A DNA stretch of 43,443 bases from IMG/VR virus record IMGVR_UViG_2703718823_000009. One strand, 5' to 3'. The position numbers were made by a program, and so were the translations under genes. Positions 1 through 10,182 of the stretch are shown here, piece after piece. Numbering within the stretch: the stretch's first letter is position 1; each line of letters begins with the position of its first letter. Source of the stretch: a virus. Taxonomy: Duplodnaviria; Heunggongvirae; Uroviricota; Caudoviricetes. The notes under the pieces were generated by a model. The model was not told where the DNA came from. It did not search any database and saw only the letters and a program-made list of their open reading frames with translations.

Positions 1-11
1 CGTGGCCAATA

Positions 12-248
12 TTACTTGACCACTACAGTCCACTGAAATGCACGGACGCCACCGTGCCGTTCCAGAAAGGCTTTTAAAGATGGGTGTTCACATTTACGAA
101 CACGTATCGTCACGCTGTAAGTCGACAACTGGTTATTCAGTCCCGCCGCACGACGCTGTTCATAACCATCGCCCAGCTTCACTGTCACCACTTTCGGCTC
201 TGATACCACATTCATATCCGGGCGCACTTTCCAGTGAAACGTCTCCAT
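12..248 (-). CDS. minor tail protein M-like (lambda gpM N-terminal similarity)
   Basis: Translation METFHWKVRPDM...FGDGYEQRRAAGLN...TYSVT resembles recalled lambda gpM; sits directly downstream of the tape measure gene. Confidence 0.6.
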   Translation of the reverse strand: METFHWKVRPDMNVVSEPKVVTVKLGDGYEQRRAAGLNNQLSTYSVTIRVRKCEHPSLKAFLERHGGVRAFQWTVVVK

Positions 249-3200
249 TACCGATATGCTCCACTTAACCGACCACCATCACGGGCCTGCTGTTGCATAA
301 AGTCCGCTGCCGCTTTTTTCCCGAGGTCATAAACCGCCTTCAGGGCAGCCGGACCTATCTGCCCGTTCGTGCCATCGTTATTGATCTCGATGTTGTACTG
401 CGGGGAAAACATCGCCATACCTGAACCCCCAATATCCGCCACAACCCCCAGCTTACCGTCAGCACCACGACGCAATGGCAGAATGGCTTCAGGTCCCGCT
501 TCCCCCATCACACCCGCGCCTTTTGCAAAAGCAAAAAACGTCGGACGGTTAACCACCGTGCCACTGTAACGACTCAAATCAGCAGACTGATAAATCCCCC
601 CATTGGCATTCAGGGAAAGGCTGCTGAGATCAAATCCCAGTACACTGCCAATCCCTTTTATCGATTTCATCATGGTTGCCTGCGCCAGGATTTTCGCCAT
701 ATCTGACAGCACAGAAGAGGTGAAGGATTTGAAATTGAGTTTGCCGGTAGTGACAAAAGTTGCCAGGCCATTTCCCATGTTGCTGAAGGCTGACGAGAAC
801 ACCTGTTCTGCTGTTTCTGCCGTATTATCTGCATCCACGGTAAAATCCTGAAATGCACGCAGGACTCCGTTTTTCCAGTTACCCTGCACAACTTCAAGCT
901 GTTGCCAGTAACGGCGATTCTCATTCAGTTGTCGGTTCAGGCTCTCCGTCAGCGCCTGCTCGGCCTTTCTGTAGTCATCCGTGTTATATGTCCCTTTCTG
1001 CTCACTATCCCGCCTCAACTGCTCCAGCTGTTGCTGGTATTTCTGGCGAAGACTCAGTTGTACCTGATATCGCTGTCGCTGCTGATCACCCATACCCACC
1101 GTGGCGATATCCAGGTCATGTTGCTGACGCTGAGCGCGCTCTTCTTCAGCCAGTTGACTGGTCAGCTGAATTGTTTTTTTCTTCAGCTCGTTGAGTGCCG
1201 TCTGTTTCTGAAGCTCCTGCTGTTTTACATCCAGCAGCGTCAGTGCCTGAATCAGTTCATCTTTACGGGCCAGCACACTCTTTTCATCTGCCGTAAGTTT
1301 TTTCCCGTCCAGGTCGCTGATGCGCTGCTGCAGAGCCAGAAGCTGTTTATGCGCTTCTGTCATCCTTTCCGTGGCAATGCCTGCTGACTGTCTGGCAGCA
1401 GCAATCTGTCCTTCCACCTGTGCCTGTTGCTGACTGTACTGCAGCAATAACCGGGTGGCCTCATCATTACGGGTTTCGCGTGTTTTTTTCTTACCGGATG
1501 CCAGGGCTTTCTCGTAACGTTCATTTTCACGTTGTATCGCCGCATCCCTGACAGCCTGATCGGCGTACTGCATGGCATTAATACGCGCAATTTCACGCTG
1601 ATGTCGTGCTGCTTCCGTTTCATTCATCCGGTTCAGTGCAGCATTTTCAGCATTACGGCGTTTCTGTTGCTCCTGATAATTCCGCTCTGCCTGCTCTTTT
1701 GCATCCTGCAAATCCTTCTGGCGTTTTTTCTCCTGAAGATCGTTAAGACGCTGCTGATCGTATTCAACCTGAGAAGATGATGCCGTCCAGGGGAGTCTTT
1801 TCGCCCGCGACACTTTCTCCTGTAAAGCGGCAATCTGTTCATCCAGCGAGTCTTCACGACCAATATTCATGGCCGCATCCCAGAAACGACTCCACAAATC
1901 AGACAGATACTTCAGCGTACTGCCAAGCGCATTGAGGTTATTATCAATATCCGCAGTACGCCGACCGGTTTCCTCTGCCAGTGCAGACATGGCTATCCGT
2001 GCAGCATCACTGGACCGCCCCTGCTCCCCAAGGACGCGTATCTGCTCAAGCTGAGTGGCAGTAAGAAAATGCAGCTCATTGTCCAGAGCCTTCGCGGCAT
2101 TTACAGGATCATCCTTCAGCCGCTTAAACTGATTTATGGTATCGCTGACCGACTGGCCAACCGATCGCTCCATCTGTGCGGCAGCTCTCGCCACCATACC
2201 GATATCGTTTCCACGAAATGCACCACTCCCCACCACCTGAGCCAGCGCACCGGCTGCAGCATGTTGCGTGATACCATTCCCGGAAATAGCACGACTGAGC
2301 GTCCACAGCTGCCCGGCAGTGACTCCGGCATAATGCCCCGTCAGCGACAACTGGCGGTTAAATTCTTCCCCCTCCTTCTGACCGTCATACCAGGCTTTAC
2401 CCAGACCATAGACGGCCGCGGCAATACCGCCAATAACCCCGCCAAGCATCATGCCTTTCGGTGACATCAGTGTGTCTATCCATCCGGCACGGTTAGCCAG
2501 CGTTATCCCGGATCCCCTCAGCGCCCCTAAATTGCCGCGGGCCAGTTCACCTATCAGAACGCCTATCTCCTGGCGGGCTGATGCACTTTTCAGACCCAGC
2601 GAATGCGTGGCTTTTCCTGCCTGCTCCATTTTGCGGATATACACTTCTGCAGCACTGCTTACCCCCAGCTGGGCTGCCTTAGCACGAAGCAACTCAGAAG
2701 ATGAAAGATTCAGGCGGGTTGCCTGCTCTTTAAGCTGACGGATAAACGCCACTTTCTGTCGGGTAGCCTCTTCCTCAGCCTGTGTAAGAACACGGGTTTT
2801 CGCAGTAACCTCAGAAATCAGCGCCAGATAATCCTGCTGACCAATCCCGCCACTGTTTCTGGCCTGTCGGATCTGCTGCTGAATACGCTGTAATTCCTGC
2901 AGCCCCGCACTGGCCTGTTTCACACTGTCAATCTGACGATAAAACGCAGCAGCCGCTTTATCCTGAACCTCCGCCAGAGCCATGGCCTGCGCCTGTTCCT
3001 CGCGCATTTTCTGGCTCAGTGCCTCCATGCGCTGGCGGGTTTTCTCCACCTCGCGGGCCATGCGTTCATGAGCCTGTGCGTTCTTCTCCACCGTCTGCGC
3101 ATGGACGGATGCGGCTGTTGCAGCCGAAGAAGCTGCCTGCGTTGTCTGCCGGGCGGCCTGAGTCTGACGCTCCATAAAACGCTGCATACGGGCAGAAGAC

Positions 3201-3313
3201 CGTTCTGCATCGCTGGCTGCACCATTCAGAAGGTTTTTGATACGGGGAATTTCATTTTTAAACTCTGCCGCATCAATCCCCAAATCAATGACCAGGTTGG
3301 CTATCTGGTCCAT
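248..3313 (-). CDS. tail tape measure protein (gpH-like)
   Basis: About 1020-aa coiled-coil-rich protein between G/T and M; ATG at 3313 with GGAGG 8 nt upstream; the ORF track's earlier start has no RBS. Confidence 0.85.
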   Translation of the reverse strand: MDQIANLVIDLGIDAAEFKNEIPRIKNLLNGAASDAERSSARMQRFMERQTQAARQTTQAASSAATAASVHAQTVEKNAQAHERMAREVEKTRQRMEALSQKMREEQAQAMALAEVQDKAAAAFYRQIDSVKQASAGLQELQRIQQQIRQARNSGGIGQQDYLALISEVTAKTRVLTQAEEEATRQKVAFIRQLKEQATRLNLSSSELLRAKAAQLGVSSAAEVYIRKMEQAGKATHSLGLKSASARQEIGVLIGELARGNLGALRGSGITLANRAGWIDTLMSPKGMMLGGVIGGIAAAVYGLGKAWYDGQKEGEEFNRQLSLTGHYAGVTAGQLWTLSRAISGNGITQHAAAGALAQVVGSGAFRGNDIGMVARAAAQMERSVGQSVSDTINQFKRLKDDPVNAAKALDNELHFLTATQLEQIRVLGEQGRSSDAARIAMSALAEETGRRTADIDNNLNALGSTLKYLSDLWSRFWDAAMNIGREDSLDEQIAALQEKVSRAKRLPWTASSSQVEYDQQRLNDLQEKKRQKDLQDAKEQAERNYQEQQKRRNAENAALNRMNETEAARHQREIARINAMQYADQAVRDAAIQRENERYEKALASGKKKTRETRNDEATRLLLQYSQQQAQVEGQIAAARQSAGIATERMTEAHKQLLALQQRISDLDGKKLTADEKSVLARKDELIQALTLLDVKQQELQKQTALNELKKKTIQLTSQLAEEERAQRQQHDLDIATVGMGDQQRQRYQVQLSLRQKYQQQLEQLRRDSEQKGTYNTDDYRKAEQALTESLNRQLNENRRYWQQLEVVQGNWKNGVLRAFQDFTVDADNTAETAEQVFSSAFSNMGNGLATFVTTGKLNFKSFTSSVLSDMAKILAQATMMKSIKGIGSVLGFDLSSLSLNANGGIYQSADLSRYSGTVVNRPTFFAFAKGAGVMGEAGPEAILPLRRGADGKLGVVADIGGSGMAMFSPQYNIEINNDGTNGQIGPAALKAVYDLGKKAAADFMQQQARDGGRLSGAYR

Positions 3314-3614
3314 AACGCACACCTCCGGAAATACCTTCCCCAAGATGCATCAGTTCTTCGTCCGTTCGCTCCGGTATCCCGTTCTCTTCCGGTAAAAGGC
3401 TGAAATCAGCCACCGCAGCATCACTGCTGCCGGACACCATTCTCACGATCAATGCCTTCAGCGAGGCAAACTGCGCATCCATCCACACATCACTGAAGCT
3501 CTGCATCCGGAAATAATCGCCCCACTCACCAAGCTCAGTGGCCGACATTTCCGACAGCATCCGCCGCCAGTCTGCCCGCCGGAACTCCCGGGCAAGCCGC
3601 ATGACAAACTGCAT
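3285..3614 (-). CDS. tail assembly protein T segment (expected G-T frameshift product)
   Basis: ORF in a different frame overlapping the 3' end of the G-like gene, as in lambda G/GT; slippery site not confirmed. Confidence 0.5.
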   Translation of the reverse strand: MQFVMRLAREFRRADWRRMLSEMSATELGEWGDYFRMQSFSDVWMDAQFASLKALIVRMVSGSSDAAVADFSLLPEENGIPERTDEELMHLGEGISGGVRYGPDSQPGH

Positions 3615-3622
3615 TTCCCGCG

Positions 3623-4012
3623 TCAGGACTTTTCCGGCGTCAGCGCCTCATGCTCATCATCCACGGCATTATCAATGGCCCCCATACCGCTCAGCGACAG
3701 AACCATCTCCGCCCCCGCACCCAGGGCATCATACGACCATGTTGTAATAACGGATGCGCAAAGCGTCTCTACATCCTTAGACTGATCCGCATTCCACAGT
3801 GAGCGGGAAACCAGCCAGGCATTGATATCCATCCCCATCCGCAGAAAAGCAATCTGTCGTTCAGCCTCCGGCAGTTCTCCCTCCCCGGCATCAAACTTTG
3901 CCGTTCGCTGCTGAACAAACGTCAGATATTCAATTCTCTGCAGCCCGGACAGCTCACTGAGCACCACGGACTGTTTTTCATAATTAAACGTGTCCTGTTT
4001 CAGAAACATCAT
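3623..4012 (-). CDS. tail assembly chaperone G-like
   Basis: MMFLKQDTF...VVLSELSGLQRIEYL resembles recalled lambda gpG; GGTGGAG RBS before ATG at 4012. Confidence 0.7.
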   Translation of the reverse strand: MMFLKQDTFNYEKQSVVLSELSGLQRIEYLTFVQQRTAKFDAGEGELPEAERQIAFLRMGMDINAWLVSRSLWNADQSKDVETLCASVITTWSYDALGAGAEMVLSLSGMGAIDNAVDDEHEALTPEKS

Positions 4013-4024
4013 GTTCTCCACCTG

Positions 4025-4049
4025 CAAAAAAGCCCCGCATAACCGGGGC
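4025..4049 (-). terminator. intrinsic terminator-like hairpin between major tail gene and G
   Basis: Minus strand reads GCCCCG-GTTATG-CGGGGC followed by TTTTTT. Confidence 0.5.
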
Positions 4050-4069
4050 AAATGATGAGTATCGTCCTG

Positions 4070-4813
4070 TTAACCTGCTGCGCTGACAGTCACCGCAGTC
4101 ACAGCCACAAAATTCCCGTCAGCGGTCATGCCCACAATGCTGACACTGCCCTGCTTCACGCCTTTTACCGTGGCCACAAGTCCGTTCAGGGTAACCGTGG
4201 CAGTCTGTGGATCTGACGAATGCACACTGATCGCTTTGTCACTGGCTCCGTCAGGTTTTACTGTAAAGGTCAGCGTGGTGGTTGCTCCCACTTTTACACT
4301 GGCAGACGCCGGTGATACTGTCAGCCCGGTAACGCTCACGGTTTCAGTGCCTTCCTCTGCCAGATACGGACGCCCCACACCGCTGATTTTCACAGTGCGG
4401 GTCATCACGTCTTTTGAGGCAATGGTTTTACCCAGTGAGCTCAGCCAGCCACGGAAAACATCAACAGTGCCGTTGGGATATTTGATACGAAACGCGCAGA
4501 CTTCACCGGAGTCGAACAACTGAACCAGTTTTTTCTGCCCGCTGTCACCCGGACGCCAGGCCAGCGTCGCCGAAGTATCACCAACGGATTTCTGCCCCTG
4601 GGTTGTCGTTTTCCAGTCTGCATCTTCATCATCGAGATAAGTGTCATCTTCTGCATCAGCGGTCATTTCGCCAGGTTGCAGATCCTTCACCATCGCAAGA
4701 CGCAGCCAGTCAGTGTCCGACAAAGGGTTCGCAAACGCATCGCCGTTGCCGGTATACATCCAGAACGTCGTCCCCGCACCTTTCGTCTTTGCCAGTGGAT
4801 TTGGTGTGGTCAT
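4070..4813 (-). CDS. major tail protein V-like with C-terminal Ig-like domain
   Basis: MTTPNPLAKTKGAGTTFWMY...NGTVDVFRGW aligns by eye with recalled lambda gpV; AAGGAGG RBS before ATG at 4813. Confidence 0.85.
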   Translation of the reverse strand: MTTPNPLAKTKGAGTTFWMYTGNGDAFANPLSDTDWLRLAMVKDLQPGEMTADAEDDTYLDDEDADWKTTTQGQKSVGDTSATLAWRPGDSGQKKLVQLFDSGEVCAFRIKYPNGTVDVFRGWLSSLGKTIASKDVMTRTVKISGVGRPYLAEEGTETVSVTGLTVSPASASVKVGATTTLTFTVKPDGASDKAISVHSSDPQTATVTLNGLVATVKGVKQGSVSIVGMTADGNFVAVTAVTVSAAG

Positions 4814-4823
4814 TACCACCTCC

Positions 4824-5225
4824 TTAATTCGTGTACGTGATCTGGTACGTGATTTCCGCCATCGCCCAGGTGGCCATCTCATTATCACGTTGATAGTTAA
4901 AACCGAGTGGGATCAGGGTGTCGATGAGTCCGGAAAGTGCCGGTATATCATTCAGGGCAGGGAAAATGGTGCTCTCCATCCACATATCCAGCTCTGAATC
5001 CGGTGCCTGTGCCCGGATGAAGACGGCAATATGCAGAACAGCCTGCCAGTCATCTTCATCCGTCATTTTTCCGGTGTACTGAGCATCACTCAGCCACACC
5101 GCCACGGCAGGCAGTTCCTGCGCATCAATAAATGCCGGAAGCCCGTCAAAAAACGTGGCGCTGTCTCCACACTGTTCCCGAAGGCGTGCCAGTACGGCCT
5201 GGCGGATTTGTGTATGCCGGTTCAT
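4824..5225 (-). CDS. tail terminator protein U-like
   Basis: ...ATFFDGLPA...FPAVAV...WMES...IPALS resembles lambda gpU; ATGA coupling to upstream Z-like stop. Confidence 0.8.
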   Translation of the reverse strand: MNRHTQIRQAVLARLREQCGDSATFFDGLPAFIDAQELPAVAVWLSDAQYTGKMTDEDDWQAVLHIAVFIRAQAPDSELDMWMESTIFPALNDIPALSGLIDTLIPLGFNYQRDNEMATWAMAEITYQITYTN

Positions 5226-5800
5226 CGGGTCAGCCATAACCTCAGTTGTTGTTTCAGTGCATACCCCAGCTGTTTCGGCATTTCCGCAGCAATGATGTGG
5301 TCGCGGGCATCTTCAAATGCCTGTGTCAGCGGTCCGGACAGCGGGATTTTCACCACATCAATGGGGTAACGATTTTTGCCATCAATACGCCGCATCACAT
5401 GCCAGCGACCATTCGCCAGTTGCTGAATAAACGCATCCCGGAAAAGATATTTACCCACCTTCAGCACACTGCCACGGTACTGCAGTTTTCCACCACGCCG
5501 GGCCAGTCTGACCCGGGCTGTCCCCAGCTTAATGGCGGGCAGATTGCCCCGGTTAACGCGGATCCTGGCCGTCATTTTTCCTGACGGACTGGCTTTAAAC
5601 ACCCGGACACGCTGACGTACCAGTTTCAGGGGGATCCCTTTCACCTGGTTATCTCCCGCAACGGTATTCCCGGCAACCTGCCGGGTGGCAACCGAGACCG
5701 CTTTCTGTGCCACACGGTTTATCGCCCATGCGCTGGCCTGTGGCACCATACGGGTATCAAGGCTGTTCAGATTGCGGATGGCATTCTCAAGCCCCTTCAT
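5222..5800 (-). CDS. tail completion protein Z-like
   Basis: MKGLENAIRNLNSL...NRGNLPAIKLGTARVRL...NGRWHVMRR...NRYPIDVVKIPL matches recalled lambda gpZ; 192 aa. Confidence 0.8.
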   Translation of the reverse strand: MKGLENAIRNLNSLDTRMVPQASAWAINRVAQKAVSVATRQVAGNTVAGDNQVKGIPLKLVRQRVRVFKASPSGKMTARIRVNRGNLPAIKLGTARVRLARRGGKLQYRGSVLKVGKYLFRDAFIQQLANGRWHVMRRIDGKNRYPIDVVKIPLSGPLTQAFEDARDHIIAAEMPKQLGYALKQQLRLWLTR

Positions 5801-5811
5801 CCCACACCTCT

Positions 5812-6087
5812 TTACTCAATAAAGATCATTGGCTTACCGTTAAAACGTTCATGCCGTGTGACCGTCCATTGTTGTCCGTCATAAACAACGCGATCCCCGC
5901 GCCGTGGGCGGTATCCCGAAGAAAACACCACCAGAGAGACCGCAGGTCCGGACAGAGCATTCAGCTCTGCCAGTGTTTCGCCCGGGATCACAGCCATATC
6001 GACATCATTAATCGAGGCTGTCTTTCCCATCTTTCTGACCGTGATCGCATCCATACGCGCTGCCAGCCGGGAAAAGGGATCAGACAT
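5812..6087 (-). CDS. head-tail joining protein (FII position)
   Basis: Small ORF between head and tail modules; assignment by synteny only. Confidence 0.5.
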   Translation of the reverse strand: MSDPFSRLAARMDAITVRKMGKTASINDVDMAVIPGETLAELNALSGPAVSLVVFSSGYRPRRGDRVVYDGQQWTVTRHERFNGKPMIFIE

Positions 6088-6403
6088 TGAGTTTTACCGG
6101 CACTTCTTCTGCACTGGTTCCGGCATCTGCCCAGACAACCCCGACCAGCGGATCAGAGCCGCTGTTAGTCAGCTGAACTTTTCCGGACTTCAGATAAACC
6201 TTCTTACCCGTTTTCATGTCATCCGTTTTCAGTTTAGGCAGGATAAACACACCTTCGGTCATGCCGTCGCCTGTTTCACCCTGTGGAATATCGGTCAGCG
6301 CCACCGCAAAAACATCACCCACCTGCACCAGATCTCCGCTGCTGATGGCTGCACTGGCAACAATCGCCACCGTTTTTCCTTCTTCTACAAAATTCTTTGC
6401 CAT
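6080..6403 (-). CDS. putative head completion / adaptor protein
   Basis: ATG at 6403 with GGAG RBS; lies between capsid and FII-like genes; function by position only. Confidence 0.45.
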   Translation of the reverse strand: MAKNFVEEGKTVAIVASAAISSGDLVQVGDVFAVALTDIPQGETGDGMTEGVFILPKLKTDDMKTGKKVYLKSGKVQLTNSGSDPLVGVVWADAGTSAEEVPVKLNV

Positions 6404-6489
6404 AACTGTCTCCGTACAGCCCCGTTCAGAGGCTGATTTCAGGTACAAAAAAAGCCCTTACGGGCCATCAGAGTTGTTGTCTGCGACGT

Positions 6490-8448
6490 TTACGCCGTAC
6501 ATTTCACCAGACCGCGGTGATCAACTGGCGCGACACCGGCGTCAATACGCACTTTCGTTGTCACGCCATCCACACTGAAGCCCTCCATCTGATCAATATA
6601 TGGCGTATCCACACCGTTGAGATAAGCCACTTCAATCGTATCGGAGCCTTTGGACGCAGCCAGGTAGAAGGTGGTCTGGCTGTTATCATCAAGACGAGGC
6701 TCTGCAATAACGGTCGCAAAATCTTTCACCGGGTTAATAATACCTGCGTTAATGTCAGCCCCCTTGACACTTGAGGAGCGAATGACCTGGTTAGCAACAG
6801 ACTCCATCGCCGTCGGTACCAGTACGAACGCAGGACGAATATTCAGATGACGCTCCCCCTCTTTCTGAACGCGCATCAACTGGCGGGCTTTATCCAGCGA
6901 TGCCACGTCCATTGCAGCGCTCTCCAGTACGTTTGCATGTTTCGCTTTATCGAACAGACTTACATTATCTGTGGAGATTTTCGGGTTAGACGTCAGAATG
7001 GCATAAACCAGATCGGCAATGGTGGATTTCGCCGCACGGCCCAGCTTCATCGGGACATCGGTCAGCATATTCAGATCATCATTGATAATGGCCTGACGGG
7101 TGATACTGAACAGCTCGCCATAGGTCGCCAGTGCAATAGTGGCCTGTTTATCTCCGGTGGTGACGTATTTATATTCCGCCCCTTCACGCACCTGACGCAG
7201 AGCACTGAAGCCCCCCATACCCACACGATGGGCAATTTTAAAATCAGACAACTGACCTTTCCGCGTCCACTGTTCATAGGTTTCAGGAGCATCTTCCCAG
7301 CCCTGCAGAATGGCTTTGTTCGCAACATCCAGCAGAATATTACCGAAGTCAGACGTACTGTGTGTGAACGCCGCACCGACCATCTGCATCGGGTTATAAC
7401 TGGAAACCCCAATACCCCGTTCAGTCAGTGACATACGGGCATATTCACGCAGGGTCATCCCGTTGTAGACATTATCACGTTCGGTTTTTTCAAATCCGGC
7501 ACGCGCCATCAGCGCCTGGCGGATCCCGTCCCCCACAAAATTACCGTTACCGGCATAAATATGAGCCGGGGTATTTTTATTGGATGGCGTGGACTCGCGC
7601 CCCATCTCGTTCAACAGCTTTTCGCGGGCCTGCTCCAGCGAACATTCAGGATCGGCAAGACACTGAGCCTGCAGAGTCTGATAACGCCCGCCAAACATGG
7701 CAAACAGATCATTAATACCGTTTACACGCGCTTTTTGCTCTGCCAGTACCTGCGCACGGATACTGTTTTCATCCACCACGGGTGCTGCTGCCTGCACTGG
7801 CGTCCGGGAGGCTGCAGGTTCATCATCCTGTACGCGTGGAGCACTGTTGCGTGGCGGAGTAATCATGTTTCGAATGGATTCCGGCATCTTTTTAAATTCC
7901 TCTGTACGTTTTGACTGAATACATGCCATTGCCTTAACGGCTGGCGTTACCTGATCAGCAAATCCATGTGCCAGACATTCGGCACCGGACATCCAGGTCT
8001 CATCCGCCAGCATGGCAGCAATTTCATCGGTGGTTTTCCCGGTTTTCTGTGCATAAGCGGGTAACAGAACCGCCTCAACTTTATCGAGCAGGTCGGCATA
8101 GGTGCGCATGTCCTCCGCATCACCGCCCGTAAAGCCAAATGGTTTATGAATCATCATGAAAGTGTTTTCCGGCATAATGACCGGGTTTCCCACCATCGCA
8201 ATGACCGACGCCATTGACGCCGCCACACCGTCGACATAAACGGTAATGGACGCACCATGTGTTTTCAGCGCATTAAAAATGGCGATGCCTTCAAAGACAT
8301 CGCCACCCGGTGAATTAATATGGAGATTAATGTGGGTGATATCGCCCAGTGCATTCAGATCACTGATAAACTGCTTCGCTGTAACACCCCAGAAACCAAT
8401 CTCGTCATAAATATAAATATCCGCGTCACTCTGGTGACCAGCCTGCAT
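6490..8448 (-). CDS. fused prohead protease (ClpP/S14-like) - scaffold - major capsid protein
   Basis: N-terminal ClpP-like region (...HINSPGGDVFEGIAIFNAL..., ...MMIHKP...) followed by a long capsid-like C-terminus; likely start MQAGHQ at 8448. Confidence 0.75.
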   Translation of the reverse strand: MQAGHQSDADIYIYDEIGFWGVTAKQFISDLNALGDITHINLHINSPGGDVFEGIAIFNALKTHGASITVYVDGVAASMASVIAMVGNPVIMPENTFMMIHKPFGFTGGDAEDMRTYADLLDKVEAVLLPAYAQKTGKTTDEIAAMLADETWMSGAECLAHGFADQVTPAVKAMACIQSKRTEEFKKMPESIRNMITPPRNSAPRVQDDEPAASRTPVQAAAPVVDENSIRAQVLAEQKARVNGINDLFAMFGGRYQTLQAQCLADPECSLEQAREKLLNEMGRESTPSNKNTPAHIYAGNGNFVGDGIRQALMARAGFEKTERDNVYNGMTLREYARMSLTERGIGVSSYNPMQMVGAAFTHSTSDFGNILLDVANKAILQGWEDAPETYEQWTRKGQLSDFKIAHRVGMGGFSALRQVREGAEYKYVTTGDKQATIALATYGELFSITRQAIINDDLNMLTDVPMKLGRAAKSTIADLVYAILTSNPKISTDNVSLFDKAKHANVLESAAMDVASLDKARQLMRVQKEGERHLNIRPAFVLVPTAMESVANQVIRSSSVKGADINAGIINPVKDFATVIAEPRLDDNSQTTFYLAASKGSDTIEVAYLNGVDTPYIDQMEGFSVDGVTTKVRIDAGVAPVDHRGLVKCTA

Positions 8449-8461
8449 CCTGAACCAGGAA

Positions 8462-9970
8462 TTATTCTTCGGACTGGTCGTCGGTGTGCTGCGGCTCCTG
8501 TCGTTTCGTTGCGGCACTGCTGCCTCCTTTATCACTGGCCGGATCGGTATCAAATACCAGATCCAGCTTGCGGTTTTCATCAATTTCGGCCTTGCGCCGA
8601 CGTTTGACATCATCCGGATTACGACCACCAGCACGTACCCAGTCTGATTCTGTCGCCGCTCCACCACGAATCTGGATTTTCCAGGCCTCAGCCTCCTTAA
8701 CAGGGTCAATCCACGGCATCACTGGTCCGGAATACACCGCGGTATACAGTGAAGAACGGTCAAGATCGCGGGGTAGCCTGATAACACCGGATGCCACAGC
8801 CTGTTTCAGCCAGGCACGATACATCGGGCGGGTGACGGCACCAATAAACCAGTCCTGCAGGATCAGGTAGCCATCAGTAGACTCAACCAGTTCCTGACGC
8901 TGGGCGCTGTAAGTGCCGTTATAGTTGCGTGCCGTACTGGAAAAACTCAGACGACTGCCCGCCGCCACGGCACGCAACTGACCATTACGAAAAGTTTCAA
9001 GGTTAGGATTGGGACGATCCGACTTCACCATTCCGATTTCTTCGCCGGGTTTCAGATCGTCGTAAATAATGCCTGGCTGAATGGTAAGCTCGCGTTCATT
9101 CTCCTTGCTGTCATTACCATCCGTTTCATAGCTCTGTCCGTCGCCTTTCCGGATGTACATCCCCAGAGCAGCGGCGATCCTTGCTGCAGTCAGCTCAGAA
9201 TCTTCATACTCTTTCAGGGCGCTGAGGCGGATCAGCACACCGGACAATAAAGACGTCCCGCGCATCTGGTGCAGACGGCGAACAAATTTAAGATGCAGCA
9301 TTCGCTCTGCATCCACTTCTTTGGTTTCCATCTGCCGTCCGGATACAGGACGACTTTTATACACCAGATATTTTTCGGGACGCCCCCAGTCATCAACAAA
9401 CACGCCCTGATTCAGCCTGTTGCTCTCATCACTGGTCATGGGAATAAAGTCCGGCTCGAGCGCCTCCAGCCAGAAATGAACACCGGCAGAAGGCGTCAGG
9501 CTGTTTATGCGCCCGGAAACCATCTGGGCAAACACCTCACCATCGCGCAGCCAGGTACGCAGCATCAGACGTTCCAGCATCGGACGGGTAAACTGCCCGG
9601 TGACTTCCGGACTGACAGACCATTCACTCCATCGGGTACGTATCTCCGCTGCCAGGTCACGGGCAATGGCACCATTGCGTAATACCGGATGTGGCTCGAC
9701 AATAATCCCGTTTTTCCCCACCACCCGTTCTTCCAGCTTGTCAAATACACCAATGACCAGATCGTGGTTGTTATCAAGGTAACGGGCCTGCTCACGTAAC
9801 GACACGGCCCCGTACTGGCTTAACTGGTCGGCAGTTCGGTTCTCCCGTCGGGCTTTGTGTGTCCGCGTCGTTTTTACGGCCTCATAAGCTTGGATCACCG
9901 CTCGGGAACGCAGCCTTGCCGCTTTCCATCCTGGTGAAAAAACGCCAATCACATCATCAAGAATTGCCAT
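8462..9970 (-). CDS. portal protein (lambda gpB-like)
   Basis: About 500-aa protein between W-like and capsid genes; ATG at 9970 overlaps the W-like stop (TGATG). Confidence 0.8.
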   Translation of the reverse strand: MAILDDVIGVFSPGWKAARLRSRAVIQAYEAVKTTRTHKARRENRTADQLSQYGAVSLREQARYLDNNHDLVIGVFDKLEERVVGKNGIIVEPHPVLRNGAIARDLAAEIRTRWSEWSVSPEVTGQFTRPMLERLMLRTWLRDGEVFAQMVSGRINSLTPSAGVHFWLEALEPDFIPMTSDESNRLNQGVFVDDWGRPEKYLVYKSRPVSGRQMETKEVDAERMLHLKFVRRLHQMRGTSLLSGVLIRLSALKEYEDSELTAARIAAALGMYIRKGDGQSYETDGNDSKENERELTIQPGIIYDDLKPGEEIGMVKSDRPNPNLETFRNGQLRAVAAGSRLSFSSTARNYNGTYSAQRQELVESTDGYLILQDWFIGAVTRPMYRAWLKQAVASGVIRLPRDLDRSSLYTAVYSGPVMPWIDPVKEAEAWKIQIRGGAATESDWVRAGGRNPDDVKRRRKAEIDENRKLDLVFDTDPASDKGGSSAATKRQEPQHTDDQSEE

Positions 9971-10182
9971 CAGAACCTCGCCAGCCGGTACCCGGGATGC
10001 CCCCGTCGTCGTGTAATCAGAGCCGCAAGGCGGCGCTCCCACTCCTGCCGCCCCTGCCGGATCTCAGATAAGTTTTCCATGGTCATCTGCTGACCATTAA
10101 AAGTGACGGATTTTCCGTCCAGCACTGCCATTTCAGCTTCCGTATAACGCTGAATCATGGCTTCAATATCATTCTGATTCAT
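9970..10182 (-). CDS. head-tail joining protein W-like
   Basis: 70-aa ORF ending ...RRRGHPGYRLARF like recalled lambda gpW; GGAGG 6 nt before ATG at 10182. Confidence 0.6.
   Translation of the reverse strand: MNQNDIEAMIQRYTEAEMAVLDGKSVTFNGQQMTMENLSEIRQGRQEWERRLAALITRRRGHPGYRLARF

Noticed and set aside
902-1387. Plus-strand ORFs (853..1194, 902..1387 and others) inside the tape measure gene
   Set aside because: Antisense to a long well-supported gene, low-complexity translations, no RBS; typical shadow ORFs.
6847-7431. Plus-strand 194-aa ORF inside the protease-capsid gene
   Set aside because: Antisense shadow ORF within a conserved structural gene.
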